A stretch of DNA of 64,000 nt, taken from an uncultured Massilia sp. (GTDB taxonomy: Bacteria; Pseudomonadota; Gammaproteobacteria; Burkholderiales; Burkholderiaceae_D). The position numbers and the translations under genes were made by a program. The stretch covers positions 5,800 to 69,799 of the forward strand of contig CAJYQM010000090.1 in assembly GCA_913777025.1 (NCBI GenBank), written 5' to 3'. Shown in pieces: positions 43,181 to 52,706 of the stretch. Numbering within the stretch: position 1 is the first letter of the stretch; each line of letters starts with the position of its first letter. The notes under the pieces are model-generated. The model did not search any database and was not told the DNA's origin. It worked only from the letters and a program-made list of their open reading frames with translations.

Positions 43181-43795
43181 TTAGGGGCGTGCCGGGCGCC
43201 GCTCGGTGCGCTGACGAACCCTGCGCCACAGCCCGAGCCCGGCGGCGCCCTGCCCCAGCAAGGCCCACACGGGCGGCTCCGGCACCGCCGCCACGTCGCC
43301 GGCCTGCGCCTCCAGCGTGGCGGGCAGCACCTGCGTCATCTGCAGCGTGGTCGCGGCGGTCCAGTCCAGGTGGTGCCCGGCGATGCGGCCCGGGTTGAAC
43401 TGGTAGCTGTAGTTCGTGTTGCCGGTGTCGACCAGGGTGCCGCCGCCGACCCAGCCCTCCGGGTCGCTGCCGTATTCGCCCAGGCTGAAGGACAGCCCGC
43501 CGGCGGACGAAAATGCGAAGCGGTCGACGCCGCAATGATAATAGGCGTTGCTGGACGCGGCGCAGGCGATGTAGTCCTTGCCGCCGACCAGCAGGGACGC
43601 CAGTTCCTCGCCCGCCAGCACGCCGTCGCCATCGGCATCGATGCCGGAAAAGTCGCCGGACAGCGTCATGTCGGGCAGGTAGATGCCGGCTTCCTGGTCC
43701 TGGAAGCCGGTGTAGCTGAAGGTCCAGTGAACGGGCTGGGCGTGGGCGAGTGCGCTGCCGAGCAGCAGCGCACAGGTGGACAACGAATACTTCAT
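43181..43795 (-). CDS. PEP-CTERM sorting-domain protein
   Basis: Signal peptide; C-terminal VPEP, hydrophobic stretch and Arg-rich tail. Confidence 0.8.
   Translation of the reverse strand: MKYSLSTCALLLGSALAHAQPVHWTFSYTGFQDQEAGIYLPDMTLSGDFSGIDADGDGVLAGEELASLLVGGKDYIACAASSNAYYHCGVDRFAFSSAGGLSFSLGEYGSDPEGWVGGGTLVDTGNTNYSYQFNPGRIAGHHLDWTAATTLQMTQVLPATLEAQAGDVAAVPEPPVWALLGQGAAGLGLWRRVRQRTERRPARP
43206..43219 (-). promoter_or_regulatory. CRP/FNR-like site GTTCG-N4-CGCAC, 22 nt upstream of -10 TAAGAT for DUF72
   Basis: Same motif and spacing as 26647 and 26716. Confidence 0.6.
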
Positions 43796-43965
43796 GAAGA
43801 CCTCGCATGACGCGGATATACCGCGGTAAGACTGAGTGAACTGGGCTGTACTGCCTGCGCCAGCGTACGCTTGTCTTTTACGAAAGTCTCAACTGTGTAA
43901 AATACTTGTCGCCGCCATGCCACAGTTCAACAAGCATGGCGGCGTGTTCGATTTCTCGAACGAAA

Positions 43966-45906
43966 TCAACGGCTTGCGTTCGTCACCGCGTTCACGACCG
44001 GCAGCTCGATCGCGCTCTCCATGCCCGGCGCGTGATAGATGCGCTGGGTCGCCTTGCGGTAGTCGCCCGGCTTGGCAAAGAAGATGTTGGGCACGAAGGT
44101 CTGCGGGTTGCGGTCGTACAGCGGGAACCAGCTGGACTGGATCTGCACCATCACGCGGTGGCCCGGCAGGAACACGTGGTCGACGTTGGGCAAGGCAAAA
44201 CGGTAGCGCTCGGCCTTGTTGGCGGGGATGGCGGCCGGCTTGTCCAGGCCCTGGCGGTAGCGGCCGCGGAAGATGTCCATCGCGATCGGCAACTGGTAGC
44301 CGCCCAGTTCCGGCTGGGCCGCCACTTCATCCGGGTACACGTCGATGAGTTTCACGACCCAGTCCGAATCCGTGCCCGAGGTCGAGGCGAACAGATTGAC
44401 CATCGGCTCACCGGCCAGCTGCAGCGGGGCGCTCAGGGGCGCGCTCACATAGGTCAGCACGTCCGGGCGGTCCGAGAACGAACGCTGGTCGGTCACCAGC
44501 CACGGCTTCCACACGGTGCCGTCGTTCATGCGCACCGGGCGCGGCACGAAGGGCACCGGCTTGGACGGATCGGACACGTATTCGTCGAAAGCGGCGGCCC
44601 TGGTGTCCGCCTTGTCGAAGCCGAGGCTGAAACCGGCCTTCAGGTACAGCGGCGTCGTCGCCGGCGCCAGCGGCCACGCGTCCAGCCTGCGCCAGCGGTT
44701 CACGCCGGTCTGATACGACCAGACCGGCGGGGTGTCGAAGCCGGGCGCACCATCCTTCAGGTACTGGTTGAAGAAGGGCAGCATGACGTCGCGGCGGAAC
44801 TGCTGGGCGGTGTCGCCGGTGAACTTCAGCGCACCGAGCGAGGACCCCTCGTAGTTCACGCCGCTGTGGCGCCACGGGCCCACGACCAGGGAATTCAGTT
44901 TGTTGTCCTTGTCCTTCGGCTCCACCGCGGCATAGGTGGCATAGGCGCCGTAGATGTCTTCCTGGTCCCAGCGCCCGACCACGGTCATGGTCGGCACGCT
45001 CAAGGGCCGCTTGGCCAGGATGCGGTCCAGCGCCTGTTCCTGCCAGTAGCTGTCGTAGGCGGGGTGCTCGAAGATCTTCTTCGCGAAATTCAGCCGGTCG
45101 ACGCCGTAGGCATGGGCGAAATCGCCGGTCGAGCCGGCGCGCAGGTAGGCGTCATAGTCGTCCAGCACGCCGGTGACGATGGATTCGCCTTCGCCGCGTG
45201 CCGAGTTCTGGCTGGCGATATACGAGAGATTGGTGTTGCGGAAGGCGCCGTTGTGGAACCAGTCGTCGCCGCGCCAGCCGTCCACCATCGGGCTCATCGG
45301 CACGGCGGCCTTCAGCGCCGGGTGCGGCTCGACCAGCGCCATCAGCACCGTGAAGCCCTCGTAGGACGAGCCGACCATGCCGACCTTGCCGTTCGATTGC
45401 GGCACGTTCTTCACCAGCCAGTCGATGGTGTCATAGGCGTCGGTGACGTGGTCGACCTTCGTGTTGTTCAGCGGACCGCGCACCGGGCGCGTCATCACGT
45501 AGTCGCCTTCGGAACCGTATTTGCCGCGCACGTCCTGGAACACCCGGATATAGCCGTTCTCGATGAAGGCGTCGTCGCCGTCGCCCAGCACCGAGGTGAT
45601 GTGCGGGCTTTTCATGCGGCCGGCGCGGCGCGCGGCGTTGTACGGGGTGCGGGTCAGCATGATCGGGGCCTTGTTGCCCGCCGCCGCGACGCTTTTCGGG
45701 ATCACGATCACCGTGAACAGCCTGGTGCCGTCGCGCATCGGGATCATGACTTCCTGGCGGGTGTAGTCGGCGTTCGGCACCGTGGTGGCGAACTTCGACG
45801 CCGGGATGTCGGGCGCCATCGGCGCGGTCTGGGCGGCGGCCGTGCCGCAGAGGGTGAGGAGGGCGAAGGACAGGACGGACAGGGACGGCAGGCACGGGCG
45901 CGGCAT
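43966..45906 (-). CDS. CocE/NonD-family hydrolase (alpha-amino acid ester hydrolase-like)
   Basis: IPMRDG, RTPY, QDVRG, GSSYEG nucleophile elbow, GPWRH. Confidence 0.92.
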   Translation of the reverse strand: MPRPCLPSLSVLSFALLTLCGTAAAQTAPMAPDIPASKFATTVPNADYTRQEVMIPMRDGTRLFTVIVIPKSVAAAGNKAPIMLTRTPYNAARRAGRMKSPHITSVLGDGDDAFIENGYIRVFQDVRGKYGSEGDYVMTRPVRGPLNNTKVDHVTDAYDTIDWLVKNVPQSNGKVGMVGSSYEGFTVLMALVEPHPALKAAVPMSPMVDGWRGDDWFHNGAFRNTNLSYIASQNSARGEGESIVTGVLDDYDAYLRAGSTGDFAHAYGVDRLNFAKKIFEHPAYDSYWQEQALDRILAKRPLSVPTMTVVGRWDQEDIYGAYATYAAVEPKDKDNKLNSLVVGPWRHSGVNYEGSSLGALKFTGDTAQQFRRDVMLPFFNQYLKDGAPGFDTPPVWSYQTGVNRWRRLDAWPLAPATTPLYLKAGFSLGFDKADTRAAAFDEYVSDPSKPVPFVPRPVRMNDGTVWKPWLVTDQRSFSDRPDVLTYVSAPLSAPLQLAGEPMVNLFASTSGTDSDWVVKLIDVYPDEVAAQPELGGYQLPIAMDIFRGRYRQGLDKPAAIPANKAERYRFALPNVDHVFLPGHRVMVQIQSSWFPLYDRNPQTFVPNIFFAKPGDYRKATQRIYHAPGMESAIELPVVNAVTNASR

Positions 45907-46011
45907 CAAGATCTCCAGGACGTTGCAAAAAAGCATAGTACCGAAGCCTGGTGCAGGCCGCAATCGGCGGCCTGCCGCGCGTCTCTTTGATGCGTCCTTA
46001 CAGCGGCGTCC

Positions 46012-47604
46012 TTACAGCGTGGCCAGCGCGCGCTCCCGGCTGGCGCGCACGTTGGCGCCGGGTTCGACCTTGAACACGCTGAACACCTGGCCCAGGTGGC
46101 GCGCCTGTTCGTTCATCGCGGCCGCCGCTGCCGCCGCCTGCTCGACCAGCGCCGCATTCTGCTGGGTCGCGTCGTCCATCTCGGCGATGGCCTGGTTGAC
46201 CTGGGCGATGCCGGCCTGCTGCTGTTCGCCGGCGCTGGCGATCTCGCCGATGATGTCGTTGACGCGGGTGACGCTGGCGACGATCTCGTGCATCGTACCG
46301 CCGGCCTGGCGCACCAGTTCGGAGCCGGCGCCCACCTTGCTCACCGAGTCGTCGATCAGTTCGCGCACTTCCCTGGCCGCCGCGGCCGAGCGCTGCGCCA
46401 GGTTGCGTACCTCGCCGGCGACCACCGCGAAACCGCGCCCCTGCTCGCCGGCGCGCGCCGCTTCGACCGCGGCGTTCAGCGCCAGGATATTCGTCTGGAA
46501 GGCGATGCCATCGATCACGCCGATGATGTCGGCGATGCGGCGCGCCGAGGCGTCGATCGCATCCATGGTGCCGACCACCTGCGCGACCACGGCGCCGCCG
46601 CGCCGGGCCACGGCCGCCGCTTCGGAAGCCAGGCCGCTGGCATGGCGGGCATTGCTGGCGTTCTGCTGCACGGCGCCGGTCAGTTCTTCCATGGTGGCCG
46701 CGGTTTCCTGTAGCGACCCGGCCTGCTGTTCGGTGCGGCTGGACAGGTCGTTGTTGCCGTTCGCGATCTCGGTCGAGGCGCTGGCGATGGTGCGGATGCC
46801 GGTATCGACTTCGCCGACGATGCCGGACAGGCTGGCATTCATCTCGCGCAGGGCCGTCAGGAGCTGCGCCGTCTCGTCGTTGCCGCGGGCGTCGATCACA
46901 GTGGTGAGGTCGCCGGCGGCCACGGTGTGCGCCAGGTCGACGGCGCGCGCCAGCGGGATGCGGATGCTGCGCGAGACCAGGTGGCCGGCCAGCATCAGCA
47001 CGCCCGACAGCAGGATCGCGGCGCCCGAAAATGCCGCCACGCGCGGCCAGAACACCGCATCCACCGCATCCATGTAGACACCGGAACCCAGCACCCAGCC
47101 CCAGGCCGGCACACCCTTCACATACGACACCTTGGGTACCGGCTCCTCGCTGCCCGGTTTCGGCCACAGGTAGGAGACGAAGCCTTCGCCCTGGCCGCGC
47201 ACCACGTCGACCATGGCGACGAACAGGCGCAAGCCATTGGGATCGGTTTTGCCGCCCACGTCCTGGCCCTCGAGCTTGGGCGAGATCGGGTGCATCAGCA
47301 TGCGGGTCTGCATGTCGAAGACGAAGAAATACTCCTGGCCGTCGTAGCGCAGGCCGCGCAGCGCGTCCAGCGCTTCACGTTTCGCCTGGGCTTCGGGCAG
47401 GGTGCCGGCGGCAGCCAGCTGCTGGTAGCGCGCCGCCACGCCGCTGGCCGTTTCAATGGCCTGCCGCACCGCGCGGCTGCGCTCTTCGATGATGAGCTTG
47501 CGTTCGGAAACCAGGAAGAGGGCGGCGACGGCGATGATGCCGATGCCGGTGATGAGAGTGAGCAATCCGAGTTTTTTTGCGATGCTCAGGCTGGAGAGTG
47601 TCAT
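46012..47604 (-). CDS. Methyl-accepting chemotaxis protein with Cache sensor domain
   Basis: LRYDGQEYFF..YLWPKPG..PKVSYV Cache motifs; IAFQTNILALNAAVEAARAGEQGRGFAVVA. Confidence 0.95.
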   Translation of the reverse strand: MTLSSLSIAKKLGLLTLITGIGIIAVAALFLVSERKLIIEERSRAVRQAIETASGVAARYQQLAAAGTLPEAQAKREALDALRGLRYDGQEYFFVFDMQTRMLMHPISPKLEGQDVGGKTDPNGLRLFVAMVDVVRGQGEGFVSYLWPKPGSEEPVPKVSYVKGVPAWGWVLGSGVYMDAVDAVFWPRVAAFSGAAILLSGVLMLAGHLVSRSIRIPLARAVDLAHTVAAGDLTTVIDARGNDETAQLLTALREMNASLSGIVGEVDTGIRTIASASTEIANGNNDLSSRTEQQAGSLQETAATMEELTGAVQQNASNARHASGLASEAAAVARRGGAVVAQVVGTMDAIDASARRIADIIGVIDGIAFQTNILALNAAVEAARAGEQGRGFAVVAGEVRNLAQRSAAAAREVRELIDDSVSKVGAGSELVRQAGGTMHEIVASVTRVNDIIGEIASAGEQQQAGIAQVNQAIAEMDDATQQNAALVEQAAAAAAAMNEQARHLGQVFSVFKVEPGANVRASRERALATL

Positions 47605-47786
47605 GGAAGCGGAGGAGATCCGGCAAGGTTGGCGTTGGTGGAAGCGAAATGCTGCGATTTCGCGTGAATTGACGATTATATCAATTAGTTTCCATAAATA
47701 CATTTTAGTTGTATAAAATTAACTATATTTCAGGTATTTGCACATCAATGCTAAGCTAGCGCCATTTGCCGACCTGGGGCTTGCCA

Positions 47787-48488
47787 ATGATCACTGTCCA
47801 CCACCTGAACAATTCCCGCTCCCAGCGCATCCTGTGGCTGCTGGAGGAACTCGGCCTGGATTACGAGATCAAAAAGTACCAGCGCGACCCGAAGACAATG
47901 CTGGCGCCGCCCGAGCTGCGCGCCGTGCACCCGCTCGGCAAGTCGCCGGTGATCAGCGACGGCGGCATCGTGGTGGCCGAGTCCGGCGCGATCGTCGAGT
48001 ACCTCACCAGCCGTCATGATAGGAAAGAACCTTCGGCTTCCCCGGCCGGAGGCCCGGGAAGCCTGGCCCCGGCGCCCGGCACGCCCGAGCGCCTGCTGTT
48101 TACCTACTTCCTGCATTACGCCGAAGGCTCGCTGATGCCGCCGCTGCTGCTGAAACTCGTGTTCGACCGCGTCGCCAGGGCGCCGGCGCCATTTTTCGTG
48201 CGTCCGATCGCGCGCGGCATCGCGAACAAGGTCATCGAGACCTTCGTGCAGCCGCAGATCCGCACCCACCTCGGCTTCCTGGAAGGGGAACTGGCCAAGC
48301 GCAGCTGGTTCGCCGGCAGCCAGTTCTCGGCCGCCGACATCCAGATGAGCTTTCCGCTGGAAGCGGCGGCCTCGCGCGGCGGCCTCGATGGCCAGTACCC
48401 GAACCTGACCGGCTTCCTCGAGCGCATCCATGCGCGGCCTGCCTACCGGCGTGCGCTGGAGCGCGGCGGCAAGTACGACTACGCCTGA
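47787..48488 (+). CDS. Glutathione S-transferase
   Basis: HHLNNSRSQRILWLLEEL, HPLGKSPV, ESGAI, SAADIQM. Confidence 0.93.
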   Translation: MITVHHLNNSRSQRILWLLEELGLDYEIKKYQRDPKTMLAPPELRAVHPLGKSPVISDGGIVVAESGAIVEYLTSRHDRKEPSASPAGGPGSLAPAPGTPERLLFTYFLHYAEGSLMPPLLLKLVFDRVARAPAPFFVRPIARGIANKVIETFVQPQIRTHLGFLEGELAKRSWFAGSQFSAADIQMSFPLEAAASRGGLDGQYPNLTGFLERIHARPAYRRALERGGKYDYA

Positions 48489-48494
48489 TTTTTC

Positions 48495-49271
48495 ATGGCC
48501 AAGCTGCTCGCCATCGACGGCCTGAACATCGTGCGCCGCGTGTACGAGGCCAGCCCGGAACCGGATTCCGACCTGAAGGCCAGCATCGCGCTGCGCCACG
48601 CGCTGTCGTCATTCCGCAACGTGCTGGAAGCGCATGCGCCGACCCACGTGCTGGCCGCCTTCGACTACGGCGGCCCCAACTGGCGCCATGCGCTGTACCC
48701 GCGCTACCGCGAGGGCCGCGCGCCGATGCCGTCCTATCTGCGCGCGGCGCTGCCATCCTTCCACGAGCGCCTGGTCGACGTCGGCCTGCACGTGGTGACG
48801 GTGCCCGAGGTCGAGGCCGACGACGTGATCGCCACCGGCGTGCTGCGCTGGCTGTCCGAGGGACGCGGCGAGGCCATCGTCGCCACCACCGACAAGGACC
48901 TGCATTGCCTGATAGCCGATGGCGCACTGGTGTGGGATCATTTCAAGGGCGAGTGGCATGATGATGCCTGGGTGCGCAAGCGCTTCGGCGTGGCGCCCGA
49001 GCGCCTGCTCGACCTGCTGGCGCTGATGGGCGACCCGACCGACGGCGTGCCGGGCGTGTCGAAGATCGGCATGAAGACCGCGGCGCGCCTGCTCAACGCC
49101 TATGGCGACCTGGATGCCGTCATGGCCGGTGCCGGCATCCTCAAGACGCCGCTGGGCGAACGCCTGCGCGCCGAACGCGGGATCCTGGAAATATCGCGCC
49201 GGCTGGTGCAGCTGAAGACCGACGTGCGACTGGGCGTCACCTGGAACATGCTGGCCTACGAGTCATACTAG
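48495..49271 (+). CDS. xni: Flap endonuclease Xni-like 5'-3' exonuclease
   Basis: IDGLN, EADDVIAT, TTDKD, GDPTDGVPGV..IGMKTA. Confidence 0.85.
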   Translation: MAKLLAIDGLNIVRRVYEASPEPDSDLKASIALRHALSSFRNVLEAHAPTHVLAAFDYGGPNWRHALYPRYREGRAPMPSYLRAALPSFHERLVDVGLHVVTVPEVEADDVIATGVLRWLSEGRGEAIVATTDKDLHCLIADGALVWDHFKGEWHDDAWVRKRFGVAPERLLDLLALMGDPTDGVPGVSKIGMKTAARLLNAYGDLDAVMAGAGILKTPLGERLRAERGILEISRRLVQLKTDVRLGVTWNMLAYESY

Positions 49272-49285
49272 AACTGAGGAATACG

Positions 49286-49669
49286 ATGCTCAAGGCGATC
49301 ATCATCGACGCCAGCGCGGTCTCGCGCGGCCTGCTCAACACCGTCCTGACCGAGGGCGGCTACCTGGTCGCCGGGCAGGGCCACACGGCGGCACTCGCCT
49401 ATTCGCTGGCGCTGAAGCACCATCCGCACTTCATCTGTATCGCGCGCGAGCAGGTCGAGGATGGCGGCGAGGTGATCGAGCAACTGCGCGCCAACCTGCC
49501 CAAGACCCTGATCTTCATGGTGTCGGGCACGCTGGACGCGCCCACCATCCAGGCCGCCGCGGCGCGTGGCGTGCACGGCTTCATCGTCAAGCCCTTCAAG
49601 GCGGACACCGTGCTGCGCACGATCCGCAACACCATTCTTTCGATTGTCAAGAAACACCAGGCCGGCTGA
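49286..49669 (+). CDS. Single-domain receiver protein (atypical)
   Basis: CheY-like fold pattern with GFIVKPF; phosphoacceptor Asp apparently replaced. Confidence 0.8.
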   Translation: MLKAIIIDASAVSRGLLNTVLTEGGYLVAGQGHTAALAYSLALKHHPHFICIAREQVEDGGEVIEQLRANLPKTLIFMVSGTLDAPTIQAAAARGVHGFIVKPFKADTVLRTIRNTILSIVKKHQAG

Positions 49670-49674
49670 TCCGG

Positions 49675-49754
49675 GTAGGGTGGACGGCTGTGCCGTCCAC
49701 GCGGTGACTGTTACCGGCTCCGTATCCGTGCACGTGATCGGAGCCGACATGTAC
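49675..49754 (+). repeat. GTAG-type REP plus associated hairpin
   Basis: GTAGGGTGGACGGctgtGCCGTCCACGCGGTGA followed by GGCTCCG..CGGAGCC hairpin. Confidence 0.85.
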
Positions 49755-49756
49755 CG

Positions 49757-50518
49757 TTACGTCCTGCGCGCCAGTTCCTCGGACGCGATCGCAGCCAGTT
49801 CCGCCAGCGCCTTCAGCTCGCGGTCGCGCAGGCGCCGCGGTTCGCGGTCCAGCACGCACAGGGTACCGAGTGCATGGCCACCGGAGTCGCGCAGCGTGAT
49901 GCCGCTGTAGAAGCGAATCTGGGTCTCGCCCGTCACCAGGGGGTTGTCGGCGAAGCGCGGATCCTGCTGTGCATCCTCCACCGTAAACGGCCCGTCCTGC
50001 AGGATCGCGTGATTGCAGAAGGCCCAGCTGCGCGGCGTTTCCGGGAAGCCGACGCCCATGCGCGACTTGAACCACTGGCGTTGCGCGGTCAGCACCGTGA
50101 TCAGGGCGATCGGGCATTCCGTCACCTGGGTCGCGAGCCAGGTCAGGCGGTCGAACACGGTTTCCGGCCCCGTGTCGATCAGACGGCTGGCATCGACCGC
50201 GTCCAGGCGGGCGGCTTCGTCGAAGGGCAGCGGATGCGGGCGGGTGGCATCGGCGCCGGTGGCCGGTAGGCCTTGCGGCGCGGGTGGCGAAGACGGCTGG
50301 GCGCGTTCGCCGGTCTGGCGGCCGCGGGCACGGTCTTCGAGCAGTTTCGTGACGGCGCTGAGCCTGACGCGGCGGTGGCCGCCAGGCGTTTTCCAGGACG
50401 GAAGGGCGCCGCTTTCCAGCCACAGCTGGGTCGTGCTCACCGCGACGCCCAGCAGGCGGGCGGCGGCGGCCGAGGTCAACACGGGGTCTTCAGTGTTGTC
50501 TTGTGCGGAGGAAGGCAT
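49757..50518 (-). CDS. Excisionase/BldC-like HTH fused to a GAF domain
   Basis: LTSAAAARLLGVAVSTTQLWLESGALPSWKTPGGHRR; GAF with RQWFKS, AFC, RFYSG, GTLCVLD; start could be 50533. Confidence 0.88.
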   Translation of the reverse strand: MPSSAQDNTEDPVLTSAAAARLLGVAVSTTQLWLESGALPSWKTPGGHRRVRLSAVTKLLEDRARGRQTGERAQPSSPPAPQGLPATGADATRPHPLPFDEAARLDAVDASRLIDTGPETVFDRLTWLATQVTECPIALITVLTAQRQWFKSRMGVGFPETPRSWAFCNHAILQDGPFTVEDAQQDPRFADNPLVTGETQIRFYSGITLRDSGGHALGTLCVLDREPRRLRDRELKALAELAAIASEELARRT

Positions 50519-50756
50519 GGAAGTCTTATACATGAGTGAAACTGATTTTACTTCCACTCAATACGAAATATCAATAAATTGATGAATTTGATTATTGGTG
50601 TTGCTGAATTGAAACCTGCCTTATTTTGGAACGGCCTTCATGAATTCTGGCCGCCCAAACATTTATGCCAAACTAGTAGTTGACTTAGGGAAATTATACC
50701 GTCAGAATCTGATCAAATTCAATTATTTAATCAAATCCATCAAATGTCATGAGCGT

Positions 50757-52562
50757 ATGATGATCCTGTCTCCACCCCGGGCGCATCACGAGGCCAGCCG
50801 CCTCGAAGCCTTGCGTAAATTGAACCTGCTCGACACACCGCCCAGCGAATCCTTCGATCGCATCACCCGTATGGCGGCCCAGGTGTTCAATTTGCCGATC
50901 GCGGCGGTATCGCTCACCGACAGCAACCGCCAGTGGTTCAAGTCGCGCGTCGGCGTCGAGCACGATTCGATCCCGCGCTTCCAGGCGCCGTGCGGCCAGG
51001 TGGCGGACGAAAGCGAGATGCTGGTCGTCCCGGACCTACTGGACGACGACCATTACCGCGACAGCCTGCTGGCCGGATCCGGCGTGCGCTTCTATGCGGG
51101 CGCGCCGCTGATCACCACCGACGGCTATTGCCTGGGCGCGATGTGCGTGCTCGGCACCGAACCACGCGGCATCACGGAGGCCGAGCGCGAGGCATTGCGC
51201 GACATGGCAGCCATGGTGATGGGGCAGATCGAACTGCGCCACGCGATCGGCCGGGTCGACCCGCTCAGCGGCTTGCCGAACCGGAACCAGTTCATCGACG
51301 ACTTCAAGGACATGGCGGCGGACTGCCCGCACGGCAAGCAGCGCCTGGCCGCGCTGGTCAACCTGGCCAGTCCCGAGCAGCTCAGCAACGCCCTACGCGC
51401 GATGGGGCCGTCCTACCTCGACGAGATCATGGGCGAGGGCGTGCGCATGCTGAATGCCAGCATCGGCCAGCACAGCACCGTGTACCACATCAGCCCGACG
51501 GAATTCGTGTTCGTGGCGCCGCCGGGCACCGACGCGGTCGAGTTCTGCGTCGAGATGGAGAACTGGCTGCGCCGGCGCGCGGCTTCGGTGACTTCCCGCT
51601 TCGTCACCTCGGCGCGCATCGGCGTAGCGATTTTCCGCGTCGGCGTCACCCCACACGCGGACCTGCTGCGCAACCTGCACTCGGCGGTGCAGCACGGCGC
51701 CGACCAGGATTGCGGCGTCTCGATGTTCTCGGAGGAGCAGGACGCCGTGTACCGGCGCCGCTTCTGGCTGGTGAACGAGTTCGGCGCCGCGCTCGACAGC
51801 GCCGTGCCCGGACGCGAAGGCCAGCTGCGCCTGGTGTTCCAGCCCAAGATCGACCTCGCCAGCGGTGCCTGCATCGGCGCCGAGGCGCTGCTGCGCTGGA
51901 CCCATCCGCAAGCCGGCCCGGTCTCGCCCGGCGAATTCATCCCCCTCATCGAGCGCACCTCGATGCTGCGCGCTACCACCAACTGGGTGCTGGAAAGCGC
52001 CATGGTCCAGCTGGCGCAATGGCGCGCCCAGGGGCTGGGAATGGAACTGGCGGTGAACGTGTCGGCCGTGAACCTGCTGGAGCCGGACTTCTGCATCCGC
52101 CTGCTCGACGGCCTGCACCGCCACGGCCTGCCGGCGTCCAGCCTGGCGCTCGAGATCACCGAAAGCGCGCTGATGGAAAATCCGAAAATGGCCGAGGCCA
52201 CGCTGTGCGCACTGGCCGCCGCCGGCGTGCGCCTGGCGATCGACGATTTCGGCACCGGCTACAGCAGCCTGGCCTACCTGCAAAGCCTGCCGGTGCAGGT
52301 GGTCAAGATCGACCAGGGCTTCGTCCGCGGCATCGAGGCCGACGAGCGCAAGCGCTCGCTGGTGTCGGCCATGATCAAGCTGGCGCACGACCTCGGGCAC
52401 CGCGTGGTGGCCGAAGGCGTCGAGACCGACGACGTCGCAAGCTTGCTCGAAGCGGCCGGCTGCGACCAGGCGCAAGGGTACCTGTATGCCCGGCCGATGC
52501 CGCCGGACGCGTTCGTGCAGTGGCTGGACGAGCGGCCGCTGGACGTGCTGGCCCTGGTCTGA
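50757..52562 (+). CDS. GAF-degenerate GGDEF-EAL c-di-GMP phosphodiesterase, copy 1
   Basis: EALLRW, VNVS, LEITE, DDFGTGYSS, KID, AEGVE, QGY; GGDEF site replaced by SPTEF. Confidence 0.9.
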   Translation: MMILSPPRAHHEASRLEALRKLNLLDTPPSESFDRITRMAAQVFNLPIAAVSLTDSNRQWFKSRVGVEHDSIPRFQAPCGQVADESEMLVVPDLLDDDHYRDSLLAGSGVRFYAGAPLITTDGYCLGAMCVLGTEPRGITEAEREALRDMAAMVMGQIELRHAIGRVDPLSGLPNRNQFIDDFKDMAADCPHGKQRLAALVNLASPEQLSNALRAMGPSYLDEIMGEGVRMLNASIGQHSTVYHISPTEFVFVAPPGTDAVEFCVEMENWLRRRAASVTSRFVTSARIGVAIFRVGVTPHADLLRNLHSAVQHGADQDCGVSMFSEEQDAVYRRRFWLVNEFGAALDSAVPGREGQLRLVFQPKIDLASGACIGAEALLRWTHPQAGPVSPGEFIPLIERTSMLRATTNWVLESAMVQLAQWRAQGLGMELAVNVSAVNLLEPDFCIRLLDGLHRHGLPASSLALEITESALMENPKMAEATLCALAAAGVRLAIDDFGTGYSSLAYLQSLPVQVVKIDQGFVRGIEADERKRSLVSAMIKLAHDLGHRVVAEGVETDDVASLLEAAGCDQAQGYLYARPMPPDAFVQWLDERPLDVLALV

Positions 52563-52706
52563 TCCACGACAGTCCGGCGCTTGTCCGGGTGCCGGTCGGG
52601 CTCATGAGCTCGCGTTACGATTCAACAATTAATTGACGTTTGGAAACAACGTGAGCACAATCCGTTGCGACGTCCTTATTTGTTCCACCATCGTGAGCAT
52701 GCGACC

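Noticed and set aside
43800-43920. Sigma54 promoter or PEP-CTERM enhancer box
   Set aside because: Only partial matches; the -12 TGC and the TGT-N11-ACA pattern are missing
49757-50518. Excisionase as a sign of a prophage or ICE
   Set aside because: Fused to GAF; no integrase, att site or phage genes nearby
52563-52706. Possible c-di-GMP riboswitch between the EAL genes
   Set aside because: No GEMM consensus or convincing stems visible
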